In this document: positions 1 to 13,560 of the stretch, in pieces
Position numbering within the stretch: the stretch's first letter is position 1
How the letters are laid out: every line of letters begins with the position of its first letter
Assembly: GCA_965112735.1 (NCBI GenBank)
Contig: OZ218965.1
Span: 310,001 to 374,000, forward strand
Source: Phaeosaccion multiseriatum
Lineage: Eukaryota > Protista > Ochrophyta, other classes
Direction of reading: 5' to 3'
Length of the DNA stretch: 64,000 nt
The notes under the pieces: generated by a model
Seen by the model: the letters and a program-made list of their open reading frames with translations, nothing else
What the model was told of the DNA's origin: nothing
Databases searched by the model: none
Program-made: the position numbers and the translations under genes

Positions 1-524
1 AGGCGCTCGACGGAGCCACCGCCAGTGAGAGCAGCATCCGCCAGGCGCACTTCTCTTGAGGGGGGGGGTGTTATGTGCACTTACGTATTACTTACGTATT
101 ACGCGCATTAGACGGCACAAGATGGGAGTCTTCGCAGTCGGTAGTCCATGCTCTGGTAGCAGCTTAGAAGCTTACTCCTCGTCTATATTACTGACTTATT
201 GGCCCCAAAATAACAACACACGGGTACTTGCGCCAACTATTTAAAACTTAAAACTGTTTCCCCTTGTCCAAAAGCATGTACTTCCTAGTATTACCCTGCC
301 CCCCTCCATCCACTGCCATCCCACCCTTGGGCGGTGCCCATCCACTGCCATCTCACCCTCTCGGGCGGTGTACATCCACTGCCATCCCCCTCCTCTCTTA
401 TCCACTGCCATCCCACACCCTCTCGGGCGGTGTGCGCCCCTCCCCCCCCCCCTCCTCTCCCTTGGCGTCAAAAGAGAAACAGGCATACGGGCATACGGGC
501 ATGGAAGCCCAAACCCAAACCGCG

Positions 525-643
<119 letters not shown>

Positions 644-717
644 GAGTCTCTGTCTCTGTATCAGCGTGTCGCTAAACAAGGCTCTTCGTGATACGATACG
701 AGCATCGGCACATTCTT

Positions 718-2921
718 TCACCGCCAGGTCCGGACCTTGCTGTTGCTCTTGCTCCTGCTCTTGCTCCTGCTGGATGATGACAATGATGAAGTCCCTCCAA
801 CCCTCTTGCTCACCGGTCCCGACCCTCCCCTGCTCACCGGTCCCGACCCTCCCCTGCCTCTTCCTTTGGCGCCCTTCGCTCGACCCCCCTTCGCCTCCCC
901 ACGGCCCCCCCCCTCCTCCTCCTCCTCCCCCTTCCCGTTCCCCTCCCCCCAGCTCTCCTGTGCGGTAGGTATCTGAAGTGGCTGGCTGCAGCGCGGACTG
1001 TGGCAGCCCTCCTCGTTAAGCGGCGGTTTCGAGTGCGCACGGGATGAGGCCGTCGAGATACGCACGCCATGACGGCCCCTGCTGTGGATGCGTGCGCGAG
1101 TGTGGCTGTTGGCGTTGCTGCGGGGGCTCTGCTTCTGCCCCCTCTTCAGCATCCGACGACGGCCAGTGCCCCCCCGGGGAGGAGAGTGTGAACGCTGCTG
1201 CCGCCGGTGCTGCTGGTGCTGCTCAATGGAGTGAAGCGAAGAGTCGACTCGGAGACCTGGAGATGCTGCAGGGGTGTCAGCCAGAGGGATATCAGCCAGA
1301 GGGGTCTCGCTCCTCGTCCTGCTCCTGCTGTCGACCCTATGTCGGGTTTCAGTGTCAGTGCCAGTGCTATGGACGTGCCGTCCCCTCCCCCTGCGTCCTC
1401 CGTTTCCTCCTTCACCACCCGCTGTATCACCAACTGCTGCTGCTGCGACCGCTGCTGGGGCTGCTGTATCACCAACTGCTGCCCCTCCCTTTCGTCTCTT
1501 TATTCGGGTGGCGGCGGTGAGGGTGACGGCAAAGCTGCTCCCCTGGGAGGCCGCAGCGGCAGCCGCAGGCATATGGGCAGGCCCCGCCCTATGCAACACC
1601 TCCGCCCCGCCCCTTCCCATGGCGGCCTTGGGCCGCACCCTCGTGCCCATATGACTGGTGTTGGTGTCAGGATCCCTGCCCCCGGGACTGCCCATATGCC
1701 TACCGCTGCCCCTGCCGCTACCGCCACTCGCTGTGCCCGCCGTGCCCTTGGGGAGTGGTACCGTCACTTGCAGACGCCGAGTGCCCCCACCCCGGGGGGC
1801 AGGAGAAGACTCGGTCCTCCCACTGGCACTCACACTGGCGGCACCTGCGCTACCCCCCCGGCGGTCCTTCGTCGTGGTCGTGGTGGTGGCCAGCACACCG
1901 CTCCCACGTCGGACGCTGCCGACCTGAGGAGGCTTTCTCCCGCCCCTATGACCCCTGCTGAGGTGCTGCTGTATCACCAACTGCTGCTGCTGCTGCTGGT
2001 GCTGCTGGTGGTGGTGGTGGTGTGTGACCAGCCGCTGCTGCCTGTGCTCTTGCTCTCTCCTCTCTTCGTCCCACTCGCCCTCCTCCTCCTCCTCCTCCGC
2101 CTCCGCCTCCTCCTCTATCCCCCTCCCCGCCCCCTCGTCGTCGTCGTCATCAGAAGAGAGACTCTCCGCGACAGGCTCATCCACTGCCATCCCCTCCTCT
2201 CTGAACTGCCCATCGCTCGAGTGCGAGGAAGGCGCAGATGACCAGGACCTGGGGCTTCCTGTTCCTGCTGTGGCGCTTCCTGCCGTTGCTGCACCCGTTG
2301 AGGACCCCACCCCAATGCCCCCCTCGCGCAGCTGCTGCTCGTATAAGGAGCGTTGAGATGGCAGTCTGTGGCCTGTCTGCTCGTATAGGAGGTGTTGGGA
2401 TGGCCGTCTCTGGCCTGTTGCGCCTCTTTCCCCGCGGGCCGAAGGAACAGCAGTGGCTGGGCGGCCGTCCATAGTGCTGCCGTCCTGCTGAGAGAGCCCT
2501 CTAGATGGCAGTCCACGATACTCCGCCTCAACTTCAGACCCCTCCTTGTCAAGGCACTCACGGCGCTCAAACAAGTGGTCAAACTCATTCACGAGCCCGA
2601 GCCCATTGCCAGGGGGTACGGTATCTGCATGGGAAGGGAGGGGAGGGAGGATGAGAGGAGAGGGGAAGGGCGAGAGAGAGAGAGGAGACAGAGGGAGAGG
2701 GAGGGAGGACGGGTGAGGGAGGGACGGAGGGACGGAGGGAGAGGGGAAGGGTGAGAGAGAGGAGAGAGGAGAGAGGGAGGGAGGACGGAGGGTGGAGGAG
2801 CAGGGTGGAGGAGAAAGGAGGGAGGAGGAGAAAGGAGGGAGGGAGAGAAAGAGGGGGGCGATAGAGTGAGGGAGGAGGAGAAGACGCACACACACACATA
2901 CACACATACACACACATACAC

Positions 2922-2969
<48 letters not shown>

Positions 2970-2974
2970 ATACA

Positions 2975-3028
<54 letters not shown>

Positions 3029-6000
3029 TGCTTGCCCCTACGTACCCCCTGGGTGGGTCTGCACAGGCCCACTGCCCCCCCGGGACGATTGGTCATCATA
3101 TCTGAAACCGCCGCTGCCGCCGTTGCCATATGACGAGGAGTTGCGCTCGGCGTGAGCACGGGCCTGCTCATCCACCGCCGCCCCCCCGGGGCCCTCCCCC
3201 CCGGGGTCCTCCCCCCCGGGGCTGAGCCCTATGGGGCCCCTCCTGCGGCTTCCCTCCATGGCGATGCTGCCACTCCCTCGTGAGCTTAATGCACTAGCTC
3301 GTGAGGTACCGTCCCCACTAGCTGTGGCGATGCTCCCCCCCCGCCCCGCCAGCTGTGACTCCTTGGCCGCCGCCAGCGACTCCTCAACTGCCCGAAGGCC
3401 TTGGATGAGCTGCTGATGCTGCGTATCGAGCTGCTCTGCTCCTTGCTGCTGTCGCTGCCGCTGCCGCTGCGCGTCGATCTGCTGCTGCGCAAAGTCGAGC
3501 CGCGCCGCCGCTGCCCTGAGCCCGTCCATATGCCTTTGCCTTGCCGTCACCCACTGCCGCTTCTCTTCCTGCCCCATGTCCCGCTGCTGCTCCATCGACA
3601 GCTCCACCTGCTGCTGCTGCCGCCTCACGTGGAGCTGATCTCTGTCGAGCTGCTGCTGCAGCTTCTCGAGCTCCACCCCCAAGTTGAAATCCTGCTTCCT
3701 CCCCAGGGTGGCGACGACCTGCCCCTCCTCATCTCTGAGCTGTATAGTGACGCCCATTCCCTCCAGCTCGAGGCCCACTTGATCGAAGCGCCGCTGCACC
3801 ACCCTCAGGGCGGCCCGAGCTTCCACCTCGCCCTCCTCTGCCCGGATGAGCTCGCGCTGTAAAGGAGTTGTCGGTACAGTAAACAGTACAGCGGTTGGTG
3901 ATACAGTAACAGTAGAGCAGTTGGTGGTACAGAGGCGGGGCGGTGGAGGAGGGAGAGAAAAGATCCGTCTCAGCTCTAGAGAGGAGGGAGGGCACGCCTT
4001 AGTTTCAGTTTCAGTTACAGGCGGTTGCATGTGTGCCCATACGTTACTTCTCGCGCAAGGATCACCCCGACAACGCACAGCACAGCAGTTGGTGATACAG
4101 AGGGAGGCGTGCATTGCATCGCCTAGGGCTGGGCCGAGTACGGATGGAGGAGCTACAGAGTACCAGGTGTTAGGGACCCTCCCTACGCACACACGCGCCC
4201 ACGCACCTGCAGGGCCGAGAGACGCTTCTCCAGCGTGAGGCACCTTGCCCGCGCCGTGCGGAGCTGATCCTGACACTCATCATCGTCAGAAGGGGCCTTC
4301 GAGGGAGGGAGGGAGGGAGGGAGGGAGAGGGAAGGAGGGAGGGAGGGAGGGAGGGAGGGAGGGAGGGAGGGACGAAGAGAGAGAGGGAGAGAGAGGAGGG
4401 AGGGAGGGAGGGAGGGAGGGAGGGAGGGAGGGAGGGAGGGAGGGAGGGAGAGAGAGGAGGGAGGGAGGGAGGGAGGGAGGGAGGGAGGCAGAGAGGAAGG
4501 GAGGAAGAGAGAGGGAGGGAGAGAGGGCAGCTCAGCACGGTGGATAATAATGGGCAGGCATATGGGCAGGCGCAGTTCCGGGAGTGGAAATCCCCCCCCC
4601 CCCCCTCGGCTGGGCAGGCATATGGGCTGGGCTGGTCAATGTGGGCGTACTTTATGCTGCTGCCTCAAGCCGCTGGTCAGTGCCTCGCCCTCTGTGCCGT
4701 GCTGGTGCGTGTGCCGCTCATTCGCGTGCCGCAGCCGCTGCTCCAGCGACTCCACCTGCGATGGTATGGCAGTGGATGGGGGGGGGAGGGGGCGGCGTCG
4801 GCCCTGGGGTGAGTACACTCTCTCAACTCACTCCATCCACTGCCATCCATCCTGTGTCCCTCATGGTCATGGCCGCTCGGAAACCCTCACCTTCTTGGCC
4901 AGTAGTGCATACTGCGCTTCTCTGTCTTGACACCTGGCCTCCAGCCCCCGCCGCTCGGCCTCGCCATTGGCTGCCATCCCCTCGAGCCTCCGCCGTTCGG
5001 CCTCCGTTGACTCCAGCGCCGCTCGGATGTGGTCGCAGGTCTTTTTGGCCTGGGGAGGGAGGGGAGGGGATGGGATGGCAGTGAATGGAGAGGGGGTGGC
5101 GGGGTGGCAGTGGATGGCAAGGACAGGGCAGGGCGGGGGATGACCGTGAATGTGGTGGGGACGGCAGGGAATGGGCGGGGTCGGTCAGCACTCCTTTCAC
5201 ACACATCTACAGGCCTTCGACATGCACCACTTTCGGCCTCGACTTTCGGCCTCGACTTTCGGCCTCGACTTTCGGTCTCGACTTTCGGTCTCGAAGTCCC
5301 CCCCCCCTTACGTGTGTGGCCTCGTGCTCTTGCTCCTCGGCCACCTTCCTCAGCCTGGCGACTGTCGCGTTCTCCTTGAGCAATTGGTCCTCCAGATGCA
5401 CCTCCACCGCCTGAGTCCAAGGGGTTAAGGGTTAAGAGGGGGGGGGTAAATTCACACAGCCTCCTCCTCCTCCTCCTCCTCCTCCTCCGCCTCCTCCTCC
5501 TCCTCCTCCTCCTCCTCCTCCTCCTCCTCCTCCTCCTCCGCCTCCTCCTCCTCCTCCTCCTCCACTTCTCCTTTTCCTCCTCCTCCTCCTCCTCCTCCGC
5601 CTCCTCCTCCTCCGCCTCCTCCTCCTCCTCCTCCACTTCTCCTCTTCCTCCTCCTCCTCCTCCTCCTCCTCCGCCTCCTCCTCCGCCTCCTCCGCCTCCT
5701 CCTCCTCCTCCTCCTCCTCCTCCTCCTCCTCCTCCTCCTCCACTTCTCCTCTTCTTCTTCCTCCTCCTCCTCCTCCTCCTCCTCCTCCTCCTCCTCCTCC
5801 TCCTCCTCCGCCTCCTCCTCCGCATCCGCCTCCTCCTCCTCCTCCTCCACTTCTCCTCCTCCTCCTCCTCCTCCTCCTCCTCCACTTCTCCTCTTCCTCC
5901 TCTTCTCCTCCTCCACCTCCTCCCACTGAGTTTTCATCTTATTAACCGTAACCTTACCGCAAGCCTCCCTTTCGTGGCATCGAGTGTACTCTGCAGGCGC

Positions 6001-6408
6001 CGCGCCTCCTTCGAGGCTTCGAATTCAGAGGGCTGCACAGATGGCACAGCCTCCGCCCTCTCATTGAGCGCTTGCCGCTGTAGCACCACCACGTCCAAGA
6101 GGGAGGCGGAAAACACATGGATCGAGAGGATGGTGACAAGGGGAGAGAGAGAGGCATATGGGATGGGCAACAGATGGACGACAGGGAGTCAGACAAGAGA
6201 AGAACGGAGATATGGACGGCCGTATAGAGACATGGACAGATGGACACACTGAGCAGAAAGATCGACAAGGCAGATGGACAGACAGACAGACAGATAGACA
6301 GACAGATAGACAGACAGACAGATAGATAGACAGACAGAGCAGATAGATCGACAAGGCAGATGGACAGATAGACAGACACACAGAGCAGATAGATCGACAA
6401 GGTAGATG

Positions 6409-6446
<38 letters not shown>

Positions 6447-8812
6447 TAGATGGACAGACAGACAGATACACAGAGCAGACAGATCGACGAGGGAGATGGA
6501 CAGAGACAGACAAACAAACACACAGAAATGCAGTTGGGTCCATACAGTGTTGGTGCCGCCTGCGTGTGTGTGTGTATGCGACTCCACACGCACCTCGAGA
6601 GCGAGCTCCAGCTCCGCCACCTTCTTGTCTCGAATTCGCAGAGTGCTCACGGTCGTCGCCAGCTCTCGCTCCAGCTGCGCCTTCTCCAGAGAGAGCTGCT
6701 CGCTCTGACAGATGGCAGGGGATGGCAGTTGATGGCACGAGATGGGCAGAGCAGGGGCGGCGGGGGCAAGGAGTATAGCAACACAGGAATATAAGCGCAG
6801 CCCAATTGGTCATACAGAAGACCGCGGGGGTTCACACCTCTGCGCTTACTCACCACTCATTGACTTACTCGCTCACGCTCTCATTCCTCATGTATTCACT
6901 CACTCCACTAGCTTCCACATTCTCTCACTCACGCTCTCACTCACTCACCCACCCACCCACTCCCTCACTCACACCCACTCACTCACTCAACTCCCTCCTC
7001 TCCCTCCCTCCCTCCCTCCCTCACCCTGTGTAGGTTGCTGATGAAGCTCTCTCGGCTGTACCTCCCTCCTCCTGAATGCGCCGGGGAGGACTGCCCCAAG
7101 CCACTGCCTCCACCTCCACCTCCACCTCCACCACCAACGACGCCACTACCTCCACTACCCCTGACGTCCTCCCACGCCCCCAGCCTCCCTGAGCCCGATC
7201 TCGCCGCTGGAGAGAGGTTTCCCCCACCGCTGGAGAGGGGCTGGTCGCGGCTGTGGCTGTGGCTCCACTCGGCGTGCGAATGCCTGACGCTCGCGAAGCC
7301 TCCATCTGCAGCGGTTGGTGATCCAGCGGCAGCAGCAGTAGCAGCAGCCGCCGCCGCCGCCACAGCCCGTTTAGTAGGCGAGGCCAGAGAGTAGCTGCCC
7401 CCCCCGCCACCGCCGCCGGAGTTCAAGTCGCCGTACTTTCCGTAACTGCCGGCGCCGCCGCCGCCGCCGCCGAACAAACGCAGAGAGCCGGAGCCCAAGC
7501 TGCCCCCCGGAAGTCTCCTCCCTCCGATGTTTCCTGTCACGGGGGAGTGGTCCGGCGCGCCTGAGAGCCTGTCATTGTCCTTGTCGTCATCTTCAGCAAC
7601 CCTGCCATCTAAGAATCTGTCGCTCCCGTGCAGACGCTCCGCTCCACCGCCGGTGCCGTTATGGTGGAGAGCAGAGGAGGAGTGAGCTTCCTCCTCCTCT
7701 GCTGCCGACATGCCCGTGGAGCCTGCAGAGCCTGACCCTGACGCCGTCCCTGCGTACTTCCTGCCATCCCTGCTCCGCGCCACCTTCCCCGCTTCCTCTA
7801 CCTCTCTCTCCCGCTCGAATCGATAGGGAGGGTACCCTTGTTGGTCCTCCGGCAGCAGCTCTTGCTCCTGCAGCCGAGGCTCCTCCGGGGCCAGGCGATG
7901 GCCGTTGGAGGAGGTGGTCGCATCACCAACTTCTGGAGCTGCAGAGGCCGCGGGTTGGTGGGAATTGCTCTTGGGCAGCGACACCTCTCCGGCCAAGGCC
8001 ATGTCGGCGTCCGTGCTGCCCGCAGCAGCAGCATCGGCCGTCGGTGCTACAGCCGCGTGGGCGAGTTGCTCCTCCAACGTGCCGCGGCGGGTGGGGCTGT
8101 ACAGCGCACGAGGCTCCCCACCTTGCAGCCGCCCGTGAGTCGCCTCGGTCTTGGACGAGTAGTACACATCCATGTATGCTTGGTGGGCAGCCTGCCCTGC
8201 GGCAGCGGCGGTGGCGGCTGTCAGGGTGCTTGGCGAGTCCTCTGCTCCTCCTCCATGAGCAGCAGCAGAATATACTCCGTCCGCTGCCCTATGAGGTGGG
8301 GGTGGCGGCAGTGACGAGTGGTGCTTCACGTCGATGACGGTGGAGGCTGCTGCCGCATCGCCACTGTTGCTGAGGCTAGGTCCTACGGCCAGCCGGACCT
8401 TCCGTAATTCCTTCATTCAAGAGAGAGAGAGAGAGAGAGAGAGGGGTGGAGGTGAGAATGGGAGAGGAAAGGGGGTCATACGGATGAGGGGGACGTAGAC
8501 TCAGTGGCGCGCGGTGAAGGGCAGTTGATCAACAGGGCTTACCTCCCTCTGATCTGCCAAGAACGCTTGGATATCAAACGAATCCTCCCCGCCGCTGTTA
8601 TTTGTCCGACCTCCCACTGCAGCAGCAGCAGCAGAAGCATCCCCCAGGTCTCCCTCGCCTCCGAGAGACGACTGCATTACCCCGTGCTCCTCCTTCAACC
8701 CCGCATCTGCCCGGCGCAAACCGCCCCCGAACGAATACCGAACATAAAGAGGGAGGTAGAATCCAGCCTTACCCCTGTGAGTGTCTGCCAAACTGAAACT
8801 CGAACGCGGCAT
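718..8812 (-). CDS. Large multi-exon low-complexity/coiled-coil protein of unknown function
   Basis: Long exon-like ORF segments (about 8410-7025, 3860-3040, 2625-718) and short coiled-coil exons (SEQLSLEKAQLERELATTVSTLRIRDKK, VHLEDQLLKENATVARLRK, ELIRAEEGEVEARAALRVVQRR) are bounded by GT/AG sites and separated by microsatellite-filled introns. No family recognised; both ends uncertain. Confidence 0.5.
5232..5293. repeat. 13-bp intronic tandem repeat (CGACTTTCGGYCT), about 5 copies
   Basis: Direct reading of the sequence. Confidence 0.85.
5461..5922. repeat. (CCT)n/(GGA)n intronic trinucleotide tract
   Basis: Direct reading; it explains the poly-E/R/G ORFs in the track. Confidence 0.9.
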
Positions 8813-8974
8813 CACCTTTCCCCTCCTTAATCCACCTAGCCATCAGATGTGTGTTGTGTATTATAGAGCGTAAGATGCTCAGTTCGCCTGCCCTGTGGAC
8901 GAGATTCTCAAGCACCCATACCCATACACCTACACTAATTTTCAGCGGACAAACAAAGGCAAGCAGCGAAGCGC

Positions 8975-9115
8975 ACATCGCACGTTCCCTCAGAGGAACT
9001 ACAAACCTCGGCATCCACGTCGGAGGATCAAATGAGAACAACGTAGTCACCAGCTACTGTGACTCAGACTGGGCCGGAGACACAGCCACACGACGAAGTA
9101 CCAGTGGTACCAGTG
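8975..9115 (+). mobile_element. Ty1/copia retrotransposon relic (RT-RNase H junction fragment)
   Basis: Translation ARSLRGTTNLGIHVGG...VTSYCDSDWAGDTATRRSTSG matches the copia L(R/K)GT..LG / Y-x-D-(S/A)-D-W-A-G-D...RRS-T-(S/T)-G signature. No LTRs or other domains visible. Confidence 0.8.
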
Positions 9116-9364
9116 GTCACGTGATCCTCTGCGCTACCCTCTCTGCCGTCCGAGATGGCTCTCTCTTCTCTCCATTTTGCGTTGTTATTCTCTCCTTTCC
9201 ACTCGACTCTGAACGTTTGTCCTACTTGTCCCGCTCGCGCCGCTTACTCACAGACACACACACACTGAACACACACACACCCCTCGACAAACCCTCCCCC
9301 CCCCCCTTCCCACCCTCTTGCTCCTTTCGATCTCTCAATCAGTCCCAGTCATCACCAGCCACCC

Positions 9365-11539
9365 TCACTTCCCTCTCACTACCCCTCCTCCACCGACAAG
9401 GTCAGCCCTGCCCAACCCCCAACCCAACACAGCCCCAAGTAGTCCCACCAGAGGCGCCCACGCACCCACACCCCCCGCCCTCTCCGCCCCCCTGGGTGCG
9501 GCGCTCAGCGGCGAGAAGTAGCTATACATCAAGCAAGCATCGTCCACCGTCTGCGTGTACGGTCCCGGCACGCAATCCTCGTCGTAGGGCGGGCAGTGGA
9601 TGGCAGCGCACAGCTCCTTCCACTCGAGGTTGTTCGCGCATGTCTCGGCGAGCTGCACACAGTACGATCGACAAGGAGGCACCTGAGGGAGTTGGTGATA
9701 CAGAGGGAGGGAGGGAGGGAGGGAGGAAGGGAGAGGGAGGGAGGGAGGGAGGGAGGGAGGGAGGGAGGGAGGGAGGGAGGGAGGGAGGGAGGGAGGGAGG
9801 GAGGGAGGGAGGGAGGGAGGAAGGAAGGGAGGGAGGGAGGGAGGGAGGGAGGAGGCGTGGGTGGTTGTGGGTGTGGATGCGTGTGGGTAGGTATGGGCGA
9901 GCGTGAGTGTGCGTGGCGTGCCCCGAATTCTCTGCTCCTCCTCCCCCCCCTCCCCTCTCCCCCTCTCCCTCCTCCTTCTCCTCCTCCTCCTCCTCCTCCT
10001 CCTCCTCCTCCTCCTCCTCCTCCTCCTCCTCCTCCTCCTCCTCCTCCTCCTCCTCCTTCTCTTCCTTCTCTTCCTCCTGCTGCTGCTCCTACTCCTGCTG
10101 CTCCTCCTCCTCCTCCTCCTCCTGCTCCTCCTGCTCCTCCTCCTGCTCCTCCTCCTGCTCCTCCTCCTCCTCCTCCTCCTCCTCCTCCTCCTCCTCCTCC
10201 TCCTCCTCCCCCCCTCCTCCTCCTCCTCCTCCTCCTCCTCCTACTCCCCATCCACTGCCATCACCCCTCCTCACCTGCGCGAGGCTACCGCAGCGATTGT
10301 CGTACATGTCATTCTGACTGCCCCACCACAGGCAGATGTAGTCGTACACCATCTCTCTACACACGTCTGAGTCTCTGAAGGTCTTCTCTGGGCCAAACAC
10401 GTTCAGCCGGGCCACCCTCTCCTCCAAGTTCTCGCAAGTGCCCAGGATGGTCGGCTCTGTGGGGTAGTACTTGTCCTCCACCTGATAGCAGTGGATGGCA
10501 GTGGATGGCAGTGGATGGGGGAGGGAGTGGGATGGTAGTGGATGGGGAGTTCGTAAGTGTCTGTGTGCCCTTCTTTTGTGAAGGTCGTCAGCCACCACGA
10601 CCACCCTTGCCTTCACAAATGCTCTGCCCCCCCCCCCACCACCCTCTTTCCTGGGACCCCTGACCAGCGCTCCACCCCTACCTGGAAACCGTTGATGATG
10701 TCACAGTACACGAGGCCGAAGCACTCCACGCAGCATGGGGTGGAGGAGCTTGCCGTGCCGCAGCTCGTGGCCGACGAGGTGGACAGGCCCCGCCCGCCTT
10801 CAGCAGTGATATCAGTTGGTGATACAGCACCAGGGCCATAGTAGGCCTCCTCCACCCGCGGAAGGGACTGTGGCTGCGGCTGCTCCTGCTTGGGTCTCCT
10901 GCGGTAGCGTCCTCCAAGCTTGTGTAGGTCCGTTCGCGGGTCGAACATACCGTCGTCTGAGAAGGGCACGTGATCATCGTTACGATCATCGGGTGGATGC
11001 GGCCATCTTTTTGCGGCTTCTACATGCTGCACAACGTCTGCTCTCCTTGTCGGCTCTTTTCCTGCAGCAGATCTTTGTCGTCCTGCTGCTTCGGGCTCCT
11101 CTCCTGATACTAAGCGTGACAGTGCTTCCACCTCCTCTGCCTCCAAGCCTTGTACTCCGGCTGTCCGTCTCTCCCCTTGGGCCCCCTCTCCTGGAGGATC
11201 TATATCTCCCTCTACTGCCGTTGTCTCCGGACTGTCTGTACCTCCCCCTACCGCCTTTCCCCCCGTTGCTGCTCTCATCCCCTGGTCTACCTCAGCCGGA
11301 ACAGCCGCACTTTGTGCCCCACTGACAAGTCCTGTTGCCTCCGCGTAACGGCCAGCACCGGAAGCCGAAACCATTGTCAAAGCCGCTGCTACTGCTGCCA
11401 CCGTTCCCAGCGTCACCGCTGCTCCTCTTGCGCATCCCGTACGCCTTCTTCTGCGGCCCCTGCGTCGTACTCCCCCCCCTTCTGCACTGCCCCTCGCCGG
11501 GTCAAACGCTGGACAACAAGCTGCCCTCGCCGCCGCCAT
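9365..11539 (-). CDS. Membrane/secreted protein with Frizzled-like cysteine-rich domain (3 exons)
   Basis: Exons of about 11539-10682, 10481-10275 and 9682-9365 join in phase 0. Cys pattern CCVECFGLVYC...CREMVYDYIC...RC...PPCRSYCVQLAETC...ELC...C...C resembles FZ/CRD. There is an N-terminal hydrophobic segment and a C-terminal hydrophobic tail. Confidence 0.65.
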
Positions 11540-12404
11540 GAGACTTAAAGTGACGGTGAGGTCTTGCGCCTTCTGTTGGACCCACTGCTGCTGCTGCTGT
11601 TGCTGCTGCTGTTGTGCTGCTGTGAGTCACCTGCGAGTGCCTCGATCAGTGAGGCCCTAAGAACTTAAAGGCTTTTGCTCAGCGACCTTCTCCTGTAGTG
11701 CTGACGCCCCCCTCCCTCCTTCTTGCCTGAGGATCTACTCTCCTCCCACTGTACCTTCGACTTCACTGGATACGGCTACTCCTTCCCGACGCTAAGGAAC
11801 GGGGAGAGCTCGCCAGGGGAAGAGGAGGTAGAGGATTTCGATTCTCGCCGTTACACCAATCGTAGTAAGTCAACAAGTTCAACGCACCACTCTCGCAGCT
11901 TGCTTAGACGAATCCTTAGACTCAACACAATGCTCCTTCCCCATCCTGCCGATAGGGGTGTCTTCTTTGGGGGGAAGATGGAGGTGAGAGCGGCCATGTG
12001 ATGGAGGAGTCTTTTCTTTTCTCGATCTCTCTTGTTTTTGTTTCTGCCACCTCTCTCCGTCTTTGCGTCCCCTCCCTCCTCTCCGTCCTAAGATCTTGTC
12101 CCTCTCCCGTCTCCATCTCCGGGATCTCTTCGTTGCTGCAAGATGCAGACGAAGGACCCTCAACCGCGACCCAGACCTTTGACTCGCATGGCTGGCTGAT
12201 CCTTGCTTGTGCTTGCTTGCGGCCGGCCGGCTGTCAACGTGCTCTCTCCCCTGCCTGCGGCGAAACTAACAACTTAGCCATCACTTCTCGCCCTCTCTCG
12301 TGTCGCTACCCCACTATCCTTCCGCTCTTCCTTCTCAGCTCGACATCGACGGTGAAGACCTTTCACTAGATCCTGAGGCAGCATCGCCAGCAACATCGCC
12401 AGCC

Positions 12405-13509
12405 ATGGCACTGGCCAAGCAGGGCAAGCAGGGGGGGTGGTCTCCCCACCGCCGGGGCCCTTTGTCTCCCCTTTCTCCTGTCACTGCCAGCCCCACCGTC
12501 GCTGTTCCCACTCGCTTTGCCTTCGACGAGGATGGCGTACAGCCCCGGGACTTCCTGCCGGATGCGAGTGACATCTTCTCAACCCCTCAGTCTCGCCAGC
12601 GGCAGGGAGACTCCGGCAGTAGCAGTAGCAGCAGCGGTGAGGGCGTCTAGTACACTTTAAGGGGTGGGGGGGGGAGAAGCTACAGGGCCTTTCGGGTGGT
12701 GGGACTCTTTGCCTCAGCCTGGCTGTGCATCGGACTCTTGCCGTTGTCCGTTGTCACCCCCCTTCCCTGCTGCCCTTCTCTCCCTCCTCGCGGCCACTGA
12801 CTTTGAATGCCATCCCCCTCGCCCCACCAGGAGCCGAAGATGACACCGACGGAGGCAGCAGCAGACAAAGCTGGACCCCGAGGAGCAGTCGAGCGCACTC
12901 CTTGGTCTCCTCCCTCTCCCCGGTGGGCAGGCTGCTGGACTTCAAAATCCCGAGTCCTCGATTCTTCGGCAGTAAGGAGAGGGAGACAGGCACCACTCAA
13001 CCGCCGCCGCTTTCACCTCTCTCCTCCCCGGCAGGCCCGGCAGCTGGGCTGTCTCCAGGGGGGCCATTCTCCCGGGAGTCATTCTCGGGGGGGGGAGGGC
13101 TGGAGTCGCCGAGTCTGCGCCGCGCGAGGAGCCTCAGCACCCACTCAGGCTATTCATTCGAGTCGAGGGATTCCGACGTCGAGTCGGGCCTGGGAAGCAG
13201 CGTCGATGGAAGGGACGCAGAGGAGGAGGGGGAGGAGCAGGCATATGGGCAGGGGCCGAGTGTGTTGGTGGACTTCGAGCTCGATCTGGACAGGTGAGGT
13301 GGGCGACGAGAGCAAGAGAGGAGCAAGGTCTAGAGGAAGAGAGTTTTGCTGGCTTACTTGCTTGTCTGCCTCGCTTACTTGCTTGCTTGCCTGGTAGAGT
13401 CGCTGCGTCTCGCGTAAAGGGAAAGAGGAGTCAGAGTATGAGGGAGAGAGAGACAGACAGAGAACAAAGAGACAAGAGAGAGACGGACGGAGGGAGCAAA
13501 AAGAGAAAG

Positions 13510-13560
<51 letters not shown>

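Noticed and set aside
4887-5937. Poly-E/R/G ORFs here and at about 9.9-10.3, 32.7-33.2 and 41.9-42.4 kb
   Set aside because: They are translations of intronic (GGA)n or (GGGA)n tracts.
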